Shown piece after piece: positions 28,418-38,859 of a DNA stretch of 38,859 nt; positions within the stretch are counted from its first letter, which is position 1; each line of letters begins with the position of its first letter. The notes under the pieces are model-generated. The model saw nothing but the letters and a program-made list of their open reading frames with translations. It did no database searches and was not told where the DNA came from. Source of the DNA: Guillardia theta CCMP2712 (lineage: Eukaryota > Protista > Cryptophyta); NCBI RefSeq assembly GCF_000315625.1, contig NW_005434585.1, positions 1 through 38,859 on the forward strand, given 5' to 3'. The position numbers and the translations under genes were made by a program.

Positions 28418-31349
28418 TCATGCTTCCGTTGGGTCCCATGCGGCTCCTCTCACGTCCTCCTTCCAAACAAGTTTGAGCTCTCGAGGAGGACGAGAACTCT
28501 CACCTTGCTCCAGCCGTCTGTCCTGCCGAGAGCACCGGACGCGAGCCTGAGAAGGGGTGAGGAAGAGGCAGGAAGAGGCAGGAGGAGGAGGGAGGAGGAG
28601 GAGGAGGAGGAGGAAGAGGAGGAGGAGGAGGAGGAGGAGGGGGAGGAGGAGGAGGAGGGAAAGGATAATGTGGAGGAGGAGGGAGCGATCACATCTCGTC
28701 GAGGCTGTCGAGCTGCAAGTAACAGTGAGGGCGAGAAAGGAAAGAGAGAGGATGAGAGAACGAGCAAACGAGGATAGCAGCAGTAAGGAGCAAGGAGCAA
28801 GGAGCAAGGAGCTTTCCATTGACCTGCTTCAATTCTTGATCTGTCAGCTTGATCGCAGCGACTCCTCCGGGTGAATTTTCTTTGATCGCAATCACCTCCT
28901 TCTCCGTCTCAGTCCCTGTTCCTGGTCAGCCTACTGTCTCCTCCTCCTCCTCCTCCTCCTCCTCCTCCCCCTCCTCAGCAGCGGCAGCGGCAGCGGCAGC
29001 AGCATTAGTGCCTGAGCGGGGGATGCAGAGGAGGCCACGATGGAGGGACCAAGCAATGAGAGTCTGCGAGATCATGAGAAGGAGCGCGAAGAGGAAAGAA
29101 GAAGAGAGAGAGAGGACATAGGATGCGAGGGCGATGGCATGAAGCGAACGGGAGGAGCAGCAGCAGGAGGAGCAGCAGCAGGTTTGCCTGTGCAGCTGTG
29201 ATGCCCTTTGACTTGGCGATTTCCTTGAGTTTCGGCCAGTTCCTGCACCCGATGATCAATCAAGCTCCAGCCCTCTCCTCTTCTCGCCAAATTCCTGCTG
29301 CTGCTGCTTCTGCTTCTGCTGCTGCTTCTGCTGCTGCTGCTGCTGCTACTCCTCTTCCTCCTCCTCTCTTACTTCGCTCCCGTCTCCTTGTTCGACAGTC
29401 TGGACCAGGAGGAGCTCATGACCTAAGAGGGTTCAACTTCCTCCTCCCCTCCCCGCAGCCTCACCGCACAGCCGTTGGCCTCACACCAGCTCACGATCTG
29501 CCTCCTCTGGTTGAAGGGACTGACTTCGATCTGCCTCCTCCTCGTCAGCCTCCTCCTCTCCCTCTCCCTCTCCCTCTCCCTCCTCTCCAGCTCCCTCCTC
29601 TCCCCCTCCCTGCTCCCTCTTCCTCTCCCTCTCCTTCCTCTCCCTGCTCCCGCTCCCTCCTCTCCAGACTCCTCCTCCCTGTCATAAGCCAACTTGACCT
29701 GGTTAATGGACGGAACAGGCAGATTCTCCTTTCGCAGCTCCTCCAGCTGCTTTACCTGCTCCCTACCTCACTCTCTTCCCCTGCTCTCACGCCTCCCTTG
29801 CCCCTTTCCATCCTCCTCCTCCTCCTCCTCCTCCCTCCCCTCCTCCTCCTCCCTCCCCTCATCACCCCAAAGTTGGAGACGCCGACAGCCCGGACAAGCT
29901 TCTCCTCCTTAAGCTCCTGAAGCTCCGACCAAGACTCGAGAATGACCTGCAGGGGAAGGATTAGGGAGGAGGGAAGAGGTAAGAGGAGGGTGGGGGAGAG
30001 GGAGGAGGGAGGAAAGGAGAGAACCTGCTTGGAGGACAGAGGAGAGTGGATGTAGAACACATCGAGGTAGTCGGTGCCGAGGTCTTGGAGGCTGTGCAGC
30101 AGGGCTTCTCTTACTTTCCCCTGCTCTGCCAGTGAGCGAAGACGGAGGGAGGGAGAGGGACAACTTTTCCGAGCTGCTGCCTGTCAAGCTTGCTCGAGAG
30201 AAAGATCTCGCTCCTCGACAGACCAGACGATCTCCACGCCTGTCAGTCAGTAAGCGATGAGTGAGAGCAGCACAACGAGAGACAGTGAGGATGAGAAGAA
30301 AGAGAGCAGGAGCAGGAGCACGAGCAGGAGGAGAAGACACAAGAAGGAGGAGGGGGAGGACGAGGACGAGGACGAGGAGCAGGACGAGGACGAGGACGAG
30401 GAGCAGGACGAGGAGCAGGACTAGGAGGTGGTGGTGGACGAGGAGGACGAGGAGGACGAGGAGGACGAGGAGGACGAGGAGGACGAGGAGGAGGAGAGCG
30501 GGAGAAAGGGAGAGGGAGAGGGGGGGGGAATGAAAGCGCAGGAGCTCGAGAGAACAACGGGGATGGAGCAGTGACCTTGCCGATGTCTTGTTCGTTGCCG
30601 TATGCTGCTGCTGTATCGATGTGCCGAACTCCTTGCGACAAGGCAATCTCGACCGCCTGCATGGCGATGCCCTGCCAAGTCTCAGCGGGGAAGGAGGAGG
30701 GAGAGGAGACGCGAGGAGGAGGAGGAGGAGGAGGAGGAGGAGGAGGAGGAGGAGGAGGACGACGACGAGGAGGAGGAGGAGGAGGACGAGGACGAGGAGG
30801 ACGACGACGATGACGACGAGAACGAGGAGGAGGAGGACGAGGAGGCAACAGCTCGGGGACAAGAAGTAGAGTAGGATCGTACTCACTTGCTTCGTGTTGT
30901 AGGTGCCGAACCCCACGGCAGGAAGTTTCACCCCTCCCACATCCTTGCTTCCCTGCGCTGCCAGCAGCTCGGGCCATCTCATATCGACAGCATGAGCAGC
31001 GTCTGTAAGAGTGAGGAGAGGACTGGAGCGCATGACGACTCTTACCTTGCGGGAGGGGGAGGAGAGGAGAGGCTCCTGTTCGCTCGTAAGCTCAAACGTC
31101 ATCTCCTCCTCCTATCACCGAGTAGAACTCCAGCCTGCAGGAACTGACGCCGAGAGGTGTCATGCATTCGCATGCAGAGAGTATTGCTGCTCGTCCTACA
31201 TTGGCCGATCATGGCAGCGGCATGTGGAGAGAGGGAAAGTACCTCCTCCTCCGGGAAAAGAGCGATTGTGAGTTGAGATAACCAAGGCATGCAGGAAGAA
31301 TCGAAAGCAGACAGACCACTGCGACCCACCTCGCCATCTGCTGCAGCAT
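28418..31349 (-). CDS. Aldo/keto reductase with N-terminal tripartite plastid/thylakoid-type presequence
   Basis: Spliced motifs LPAVGFGTY, GVRHIDTAAAYGNE, IFLSSKL, SLQDLGTDYLDVFYIHSP, VRAVGVSNFG, PSINQIEVSPF and TAAQTLIAWSLHRGLLCIPRS; catalytic D-Y-K-H tetrad present; ends GAAWDPTEA* at 28418. Confidence 0.93.
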
Positions 31350-31878
31350 GAGAGAAACAAACATCGAGACGTGCGAGGGAAGAGAAGTAATCCTCCCGCT
31401 TTCCTGATCCTACGCGCCCTCCCTCCTTCGATCCTGCTCCTGCAGCTTCCGCCCTTGCTCCTCCTCCTCTGTCCTCTCTTCCTCCTCTCATCTCTTCATT
31501 TCTTTCCGCTCCTGATACTATCCTCTCCTCCTCTCCTCCTCTCCTCCTCTCCTCCTCTCCTCCTCTCCTCCTCTCCTCCTCTCCTCCTCTCTCCTCCTTC
31601 TGTTCTCCATCTTCCCTCTGCTCATTGACAGGATCCGGTACTGTGGATTTTACATGTAGCTTTTCAAGCTCACCTCACTGACTTATTATACATGATAGAA
31701 AGACAGCAACTTGTATTAAGAACAAAGTCTCTTTCACTGTTTCGTTGCTGCCAGAAAGTCTCGACCCTCCACCCTTTCCCTTCCTCGTCCTTGCCTCCCT
31801 CCCTCTGCCCTCCCTCCCTCTGCCCTCCCTCCCTCTGCCCTCCCTCCCTCTGCCCTCCCTCCCTCCCCCTCTCCCCGC

Positions 31879-33738
31879 ATGGCGCTCTCATCAGTCGCCG
31901 TGTCCTCAGCAGCTCTGGAGGTGAGCATGCCGTGCTGCTGGTTTCGTTGAGCATGCACAGGTTTGCCTCGCCCATGCGCTGTCGACAGAGAGCGAGGAGA
32001 TCATGGGGCTCCTGCTGGGAGACGTGACTCACGTCTCTGCTCCTGCACACGCTGACTCCTCCCCTGCAGCTGGTTCAGCTCGACAACGACGAGCTCATGG
32101 CTCGCGTCTGGTCGGTCTCACTACAGAGGAGGGAGCAGGCGGCACGGTCGGATGATCGCGTTGAGATCAGCCCCGAGCAGCTGGCTGCCGGTACTGCCAT
32201 GCAGCCTGTTGAGTGAGCTAACTTGTCGGTCAGCGACTGAGGAGGCCGAGCGGTTGGGGGAGCACCTCGGGAGGCCAACTCGAGTTGTCGGATGGTGCGA
32301 GGAGCGGGAAGGACGATCTCCCTCACAACCCTGGCAGGTATCACTCCCATCCTCACCTCGCCGTCGTCCCCTCGCACGTGGACGTCTCCACGCAGGCCAT
32401 GTACCAGCAGATGGACACGGGCTTCATCGGGCTCATCTTCTCAGTCTTCAACAGCGGGCGAGTTGTTCCGGGGGTGCCGACAGGGAATCAAGTTTACATC
32501 CAAGACGAAGTTCGCTACCTCGTCTCCATGGGGAACCTCGACGACTGCGGGAGAGTGCAGGTACGAGAAGAGGGTGACACGGGGAGGAGAGGGGTAGGCG
32601 ACGGGGAGGCGACAGGGGGGGACAGGGGGGGGACGGGGAGGAGACGGGGAGGAGACTGGGAGGAGGACTGTATGGGAACGAGAGAGGAGGAGGACGAGGG
32701 ACGAAGATCCAGTAGTGGCGATTGTGGTGGGACTGATCGACTTATAAGGTGACGGCGTTCCAGTCGACGGGAGTGGATGCGGATGGAGAATTTATTCCTG
32801 CAAACCGCCCGCAGTCCATCTCCAACAGGTTTGCCTCGATGGCCAGGGCATGAGAGAGGCAGTGGTAGGAGACGAGACGAGACGAGACGAGACGAGACGA
32901 GACGAGACGAGACGAGACGAGACGAGACGAGACGAGACGAGACGAGACGAGACGAGACGAGACGAGACGAGACGAGACGAGACGAGACGAGACGAGACGA
33001 GACGAGACGAGATGATGATGTGTGGAAGATAGAAGAGAGGAGGAGGAGAGATGATGAGAGGGCGTGCATGAAGCTCCTGCAGGAGGCCGGGAGAGTCAGT
33101 TGAAAGAGAGAAGTCGGTGTCTGTTGCGAAAAGTTACATCCAGAAAGAGGTGAGGCCGTAGAACCTCCCGGTTTGAAGACTCTGATGGCTTTCAAGGTCC
33201 CCATCACAATCATCCCGTCAGGAAAATTCTTCGATTCATCCCCAGCAATTTCTTGTCTGGACAAGCTCTCTCTCCTGCAAAACGTGATGGAGTTGAATGA
33301 GTGCCATGACATCTGACGGCGAGGTGCTGGTCCAGATCCTGAGGGAGGAAGAGAAACACGCGTACGAGAAGTCGCTCAAGAGCGACGGTCAAGGTTCGAC
33401 ATCGTGTAGACACGCAGTCACGTTGACGTTTCCAGCAGAGCCTTGTCACCTCCTGACGCAACTGCACAACTCAGCAGTCTATCAGAAGGGGCTGTGCAGG
33501 TCGACACTTGACTTCTCCTGCCGTCCTCCTTAACCTTTGCAGGATCATCGAGACCTGTCAGCTACCCCTGCTGTCAGCGTTGGAAGCTGAGATTCAATCG
33601 GCGGAGGACAACTTGAAGAGACTCAGGAGGGAGAAGGAGGTGAATCCTCGTCCCCTGGTACGAGCAGGAGCATGTCTGATGCTGCTGCAGGAGTTGAAGG
33701 TCAAGATAGCAGCGTCTCGCAAAGAGTTTTCAGCATGA
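31879..33738 (+). CDS. BRCC3: Lys63-specific deubiquitinase BRCC36 (MPN+/JAMM)
   Basis: MALSSVAVSSAALE|VCLAHALSTESEEIMGLLLGD|...DRVEISPEQL...RVVGW|YHSHPHLAVVPSHVDVSTQAMYQQMDTGFIGLIFSVFN...VQ|VTAFQS; JAMM E...HxH...S..D intact; C-terminal coiled coil ending ASRKEFSA*. Confidence 0.95.
32868..33012. repeat. (GAGAC)n pentamer microsatellite (BRCC36 intron)
   Basis: Directly visible. Confidence 0.97.
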
Positions 33739-33764
33739 GTTTTCATTCAATAATACACCTGTCT

Positions 33765-35015
33765 TCAATTTTGTTTCTTCTCGTCCGAGTAACTTCTTTG
33801 CGCTCTCCTCATCGCTCGCTCCTCTGCTAATCGTTTCGCCTCCAAGAACGTGATGCCTCCTACTGGTTTGAAGTCGTTGTCTGCGATGATTTCACTTTGA
33901 GCGTCAGAACATTAACTGCAGTACCGTAGAATGTCGGAGCGAATACAAAGGCCAAGCCCACAAGTGCTAGATACGTGAGGCTTCCAACTTTCAGGTGATA
34001 GTAGACTTCAAAATATTTCACAAACGAGAACTGTAGGAGGAAACACGTAAGGATTTTGATCAAAAAGGTTTTGATGAGCATCTTCTTATACAAATCCCAT
34101 ACATCAATACATCTCTACTCTGCAACCTTCAATATGTCATGAAGATCGAATCGATCACTGACCTCGACAACTACAACATTCATTTCCTATTGCTACTGCA
34201 ACTCCTCCTGTCTCTCTAGTCCATCTCTCCTTTTAGCATAACTACTCCCTCCTCAGCCCCTCCAACCCTCATTACTGAACCTGCTCCTTCTCTTCTGCTT
34301 CAAGAATACCAACCTCTACCCTCCTGACGCTGCAGCTCCTTTCCTGCCACTCTTACCTTGATCTCTCTCCTCTGCAAGCCAACATCCTTCCAACCAACCC
34401 TGTCATCGTTCCCCACTTCCCTCATTCCCCTCCCCCCTCGGCTGCTGATCCTGTTCCTGCTCCTGATCGTGATCCTGCTCCTGATCGTGATCCTTCTCTT
34501 GGAATCCTCTCAATTTCCCCTCAGTCTCATCCTGCACCAATTATTTCTGTGCTGGTCCTTTGCTCCTATTCCCTCCCAAGGTGTCAACTCATCGTTTTGG
34601 TCGCTTCTCTCCACTCTCATCTCTCATCTCTAATCCCCAACATCCTCTCCTCCCCTTCCTCTTCCTGTTGTGTTGCCATTAGATATCAATGATCACATGA
34701 TATCCTCCCCTCCTCCTCCCCTCTTACATCCTTCTGCTTCTTCATGATCCGCATCCTCCTCCTCCCTCTCCCTCTCCTCCTCCCTCCCTCCTCCCTTCCT
34801 CCCTCTCAATCTCCTCCTCCATTCCATCCTCCTCCCCCATCTCCATCTTCTCCTCCATTCCATCCTCCTCCCCCATCTCCATCTTCTCCTCCATTCCATC
34901 CTCCTCCCCCATCTCCATCTTCTCCTCCATTCCATCCTCCTCCTCCTCCTCCTCCCTCCTCCCTTACCTCAAAGATGCTGATCACTATGAACATTTTCCA
35001 CCATCTTGGAAGCAT
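33765..35015 (-). CDS. Small (89 aa) predicted two-TM protein with C-terminal KKxx ER-retrieval motif
   Basis: Exons 35015-34968, 34030-33925 and 33880-33765 have canonical GT/AG sites and matching phases: MLPRWWKMFIVISIFE|FSFVKYFEVYYHLKVGSLTYLALVGLAFVFAPTFY|DNDFKPVGGITFLEAKRLAEERAMRRAQRSYSDEKKQN*. Confidence 0.6.
34811..34950. repeat. 36-bp CT-rich minisatellite x~3.5 (intronic)
   Basis: Unit CTCCTCCATTCCATCCTCCTCCCCCATCTCCATCTT repeated. Confidence 0.9.
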
Positions 35016-35303
35016 CGCGAACAAACTTTCCGGATAACCACCTCCACCCCCCTTTCCTCGGTCATACACACCCCTACACCACCGTCCTCATATCACCCCC
35101 CACCATTTACCCCCACCCTGAGCATCGCCATAAGCATTGGGTTACCACCCCATAGAAGCTCCAGTAACCCATTGTAGTGTATGGGTGGGTATACCTACCT
35201 ACCCACCCTCATTCGATGACCATTTGCTCCGTACTGCCTGGCGGTCTGGACCCCCTTTTTTAACCGGACAGGGTGGAGGGGTACCTCCATTCCCGAAGCG
35301 GCA

Positions 35304-35597
35304 ATGCTCGCAGCGCTTCCTCTGCTCCTCTGCTCCTCCTTCCCGCCCGCCTCCTCCTCCTCCTCTCCCTTCCTCTCCTCCTACCCCTTTCCTTCCACCT
35401 CCTTCCTCGCGTCTCTCCCTCCTGCAGGAGCTCAGCTCTGGGAGCCGCATGGAGGTGCGATGCTCTATGGCGAGTTGCCTGAGCCAGGGCCGGAGTGGTA
35501 CAACAATGCTTCTGCTTCTCACAACAGCGTCGGCGACAATGCTGGAGGCTCAACTGCTCCTGCTCCTCCTTCGCACTTCTACGCCCGCAGGCCATAA
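35304..35597 (+). CDS. Small hypothetical protein (orphan); probably contains an intron in the CT-rich 5' part
   Basis: ATG 35304, CT-rich tract ending in CCTGCAG, then codon-biased AQLWEPHGGAMLYGELPEPGPEWYNNASASHNSVGDNAGGSTAPAPPSHFYARRP*. No family recognised. Confidence 0.4.
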   Translation: MLAALPLLLCSSFPPASSSSSPFLSSYPFPSTSFLASLPPAGAQLWEPHGGAMLYGELPEPGPEWYNNASASHNSVGDNAGGSTAPAPPSHFYARRP

Positions 35598-35882
35598 GCT
35601 TGTGCAGAAGCATGAGAGGGAGCTGAGGGGAGTGTAGGGTTTTGCTGTTTGGTCGTTTGGATGCAGTACATTAGCAAGGGGCTGGACTCCGCGAGCAGTC
35701 GCCTCCTCTACCATCGTGAGATTGAGTTCACGTTAGTGTACTGAGACATGTTGTAGTAAAATAGTTTGTGCCATCTTTGTGCAGCCGAGATTTCGGTCAG
35801 TGTTTTCTTTGCATTCTGCGAAGGGACAGAACGTGAAGGAGCAGGCAGTGAGATCGAACTCCTCGGATTCTGTCCTTGTTCG

Positions 35883-37644
35883 TCATAGAAGCCATGCTGC
35901 CGGCTGTGCCGTCAACTTTCGCTTCGATTCGGCTGCTGGAATGGTGAGAGAGGACTTAGCCGCTTCCTCTCGCACCTGACTCACACTCCAAGCGGTACAA
36001 CCTGCACTCTTGTATTCAGAAACACGGAGAGAGAGACTGAGACTGAGGAACAGAGACGGAGAGACAGGGAGAGCAGAAGATGAGAGACAGGAAGGGAAGT
36101 GGGGAGGAGGGCGAAGATCAACCGTTTGATTCCAAGGTCTCGCTTGGAGCTCCCCTTGTATCTAGCTTCCAGAACTTCTTGGGTTGGAACCTGCGAGGAA
36201 GACAGTGAGCTAGAAGAGGCAGCGAGAACAAGTTTCACCTTGATGTCCCACACGACTCCGAGTTTGCCGAGGATGAGAAGACCAAAGTACACCCAGTCGA
36301 ACTCCCACCACATGAAACCATGCTTGGCGCTTCCCATGAAGGCTGGGAAAGGCGGAAACCTCTTAGAGAGGGATTATGTTCAAGTCAACATGTTATCTAC
36401 CGTGATGATTGTTGTGCCATCCCTCGCCGCCGTTGAAGATCGCAACCCACCTGAGCATGCCTCAGCTGCCCGCTTGTTGTCGGCATCTCACCAGTTGTTA
36501 GTAGCCTTGCATTCACTTTGGAACTGAAGGCACGTCAGGAGACCTCATCTGACGGACAGGGAGAGCAAGCATACTTGAGCGACATATGGTCGATAACCCC
36601 AAAGGTGGGCAGCAGAATTGGTCAACCTGATTGCATGGAAATGCAGAACCTGGATGGATGTCAGACAGGCCATTCTGACAGCAGGAGAACGAGGGACATT
36701 TGGCACGAGGCAACCCCAGAAGAACACATCCTTGCCGCATAGCAACCAGAAGAGATGCTCGCACGCCTTGATTTCCAACTGCAATCAAATCGGCGATCAG
36801 TGGAAGCGAAGAGAGAGAGAGCTGGCATACTTGTCTGTTCCTCAACCACACTAGATCATTCAAGTATCGGAATCTGGAAAGGGGAGGGATTAGACTCTGA
36901 AGGTGAGGAGGAGGAGAAAATTTGACTGACTGGAGCAGGTCAGTGCGAAAGAGACGCTCGAGGCCCTGCAGATGTGTGAGCGAGCGAGTGACGAAAGCAA
37001 GGTCAACCTCTTGAGTGGTGACAAGATTTGCACTGGAATCCTGAAGCTGCACAGCCCAGAACCTGACGAGAGACAGAAAGACAGAAAGACAGAAAGACAG
37101 AAAGACAGAAAGACAGAAAGACAGAAACATAGTAAGCTTCTCGACAACACGCGATAAAATCGCCTCACCCCATCCTCCAGGGCGTGTGAATGTCATCCTC
37201 AGTCTCGCAGGCTGGTGACAGGACGAGCATTCAGCGCCAGCGCTGCTGGGGGTCGCAAACCTTGATGGTGAAACTCGTGGAAGTTGATCCAGTAGACGAT
37301 GTTCTCGTTCGATGCCGATACCTGCCACACTCAACGGTCACGGGCCAACAGCAGACGTCGAGCGATACCTGGACCGTCATGGCAAGCAACAGCTCGAAGA
37401 GCTTGGTCGTCTTGAACGACATGTGCGCGAAGTATCTGTGCCCTGACGTGGCGAGACATGAGGAGACGTAGAGCTTCTTGGCCCTCCTCACCGCCTGCAT
37501 GAGATGCGAAAACTCGCCAGCCGTAGGACGCCACGGATCCAAGAATCAGCCACTTTGAGACCTGTTGGTGGAGAAGCAATGGAGTGTAAGAAGAAGCTCC
37601 GAACAAAGAAAGCAAAAAGACTTAGCAGGAGAAAGGATATGATG

Positions 37645-37689
<45 letters not shown>

Positions 37690-38342
37690 GAGAGATGAGA
37701 GATAAGAGATGAGAGATGAGAGATGAGAGATGAGAGATGAGAGATGAGAGATGAGAGATAAGAGATGAGAGATAAGAGATGAGAGATGAGAGATGAGAGA
37801 TGAGAGATGAGAGATGAGAGATGAGAGATGAGAGATGAGAGATGAGAGATGAGAGATGAGAGATAAGAGATGAGAGATAAGAGATGAGAGATAAGAGATG
37901 AGAGATAAGAGATAAGAGATGAGAGATGAGAGATGAGAGATGAGAGATGAGAGATAAGAGATGAGAGATGAGAGATGAGAGATGAGAGATGAGAGATGAG
38001 AGATGAGAGATGAGAGATGAGAGATGAGAGATGAGAGATGAGAGATGGGAGATGGGAGATGGATAATCAAACCTTAGGTGCATGCTTCGATCCCTTCACT
38101 ATCAGTGTGCCCCCCACAAGAACAGCAGCATGCTTCGTCCAGGTGCTGCAGGAGCTTGTCATGCGGCTGTAGCAGGGAGAGTGCGAGTCACCTGAAGAGC
38201 AATCGCATGCTTCTTATGAACGTCTCTGTCAGCATGTCCATCTGCATCACCGCCGTCACTTCCTTGCTACCCGAACTGCCGTATCACCTCAGATCCATCC
38301 CAACGGAGCAGCCGCGACATTTCTTGTTCTCGTTTCAGGGAG
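35883..38342 (-). CDS. Membrane fatty-acid desaturase, delta-9 (Ole1/DesC/ADS)-like; 5' end uncertain, may extend further right
   Basis: Three His boxes after splicing: [34 protein letters not shown] and [35 protein letters not shown]; also [14 protein letters not shown] and [10 protein letters not shown]. Confidence 0.92.
37072..37127. repeat. (GACAGAAA)n octamer microsatellite (intronic)
   Basis: About 7 units, directly visible. Confidence 0.92.
37639..38062. repeat. Heptamer satellite (ATGAATG)n grading into (ATGAGAG/ATAAGAG)n and (ATGGGAG)n, inside a desaturase intron
   Basis: Directly visible; source of the spurious ISHLSSL ORFs. Confidence 0.97.
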
Positions 38343-38859
38343 CCTGCCATTGACAAGCATCAGCCGCTGCCCCTCGCTCCTCCTTCAGCCTCATCAGGAG
38401 CACGAGCGAACGCGCCCTCCCCTGCCTCGTCTTCCCCTCCCGCACAAGAACTTGTCTGCCCTGCTGCCCTACGCGAGATCGTGGGACAAGAGACGCGTGG
38501 GGGATGCGAGAAGGATGCAGGCAAGCAGGTCAAGGAGGAGGCAAGAGGAGAGCGGAGAGCGGGAGGGAGGGGGAGAGCAGGGGGGGGGAAGCAGGGGTAT
38601 GAGGCGCAAGGGGCATGGGAGTTTTATAGGCCACAAAGGGGGCAGGCAGGGGGAGGTAAAATGAGGTAGGAGAGGGGAGGGAGGGGGAGAGGGAGAGGGG
38701 AGGGGAGGGAGAGGGAGAGGGAGAGGGAGAGGGAGAGGGAGAGGGAGAGGAAGGTGAATGGGAAGGAAGGGGCAGATAGAGGGAGAGAAGGAGAGGAGTG
38801 AAGCAACGTGATGAAGTTGAGTGGCAAGAGAAATATAGATACGCTAACAAGGTTGACAC

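Noticed and set aside
1-33738. Apparent functional clustering of ciliary genes (PKD2-like, MORN-IQ, CFAP52) or ubiquitin genes (APC11, RING, BRCC36)
   Set aside because: Both classes are large and the genes are interspersed with unrelated ones; there is no evidence beyond chance, apart from the APC11-RING adjacency reported separately.
37546-38083. ISHLSSL heptad-repeat ORFs that look like a leucine zipper
   Set aside because: The same peptide appears in multiple frames of a 7-bp intronic satellite.
1-38859. tRNA, rRNA, transposase or reverse-transcriptase genes
   Set aside because: No recognisable motifs seen by eye; tRNAscan, Infernal and RepeatMasker were not run.

Overview
Gene-dense eukaryotic nuclear scaffold, not prokaryotic. 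It has many ~40-60 nt GT-AG and GC-AG introns, introns swollen by purine/pyrimidine microsatellites, and two N gaps. The intron style, complex-plastid presequences and RWP-RK gene suggest a cryptophyte alga such as Guillardia theta (inference). I spliced the genes by hand. Left to right: PKD2/TRPP-like channel (-, runs off the left edge, missed by the ORF track); MORN-repeat + IQ protein (+); putative signal-peptide/LRGG beta-helix protein (-); SEC20 SNARE (+); RWP-RK transcription factor (-); APC11 (+), followed 21 nt later by a signal-peptide RING-HC ORF (+); BLTP3/UHRF1BP1-like Chorein_N lipid-transfer protein (-); CFAP52 (+, one-base frameshift); aldo/keto reductase (-); BRCC36 JAMM deubiquitinase (+); small 2-TM KKxx protein (-); small orphan ORF (+); delta-9-type fatty-acid desaturase (-). 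Best leads: an aldo/keto reductase with an apparent tripartite presequence (signal peptide, transit peptide, twin-arginine Tat signal) pointing to the thylakoid lumen; a RING ligase with a signal peptide abutting APC11; a ubiquitin-like LRGG motif in a presequence; a highly foldable first intron of CFAP52; and clustered AACGG (MYB/MSA-like) promoter motifs. Exon boundaries are manual and approximate where stated.
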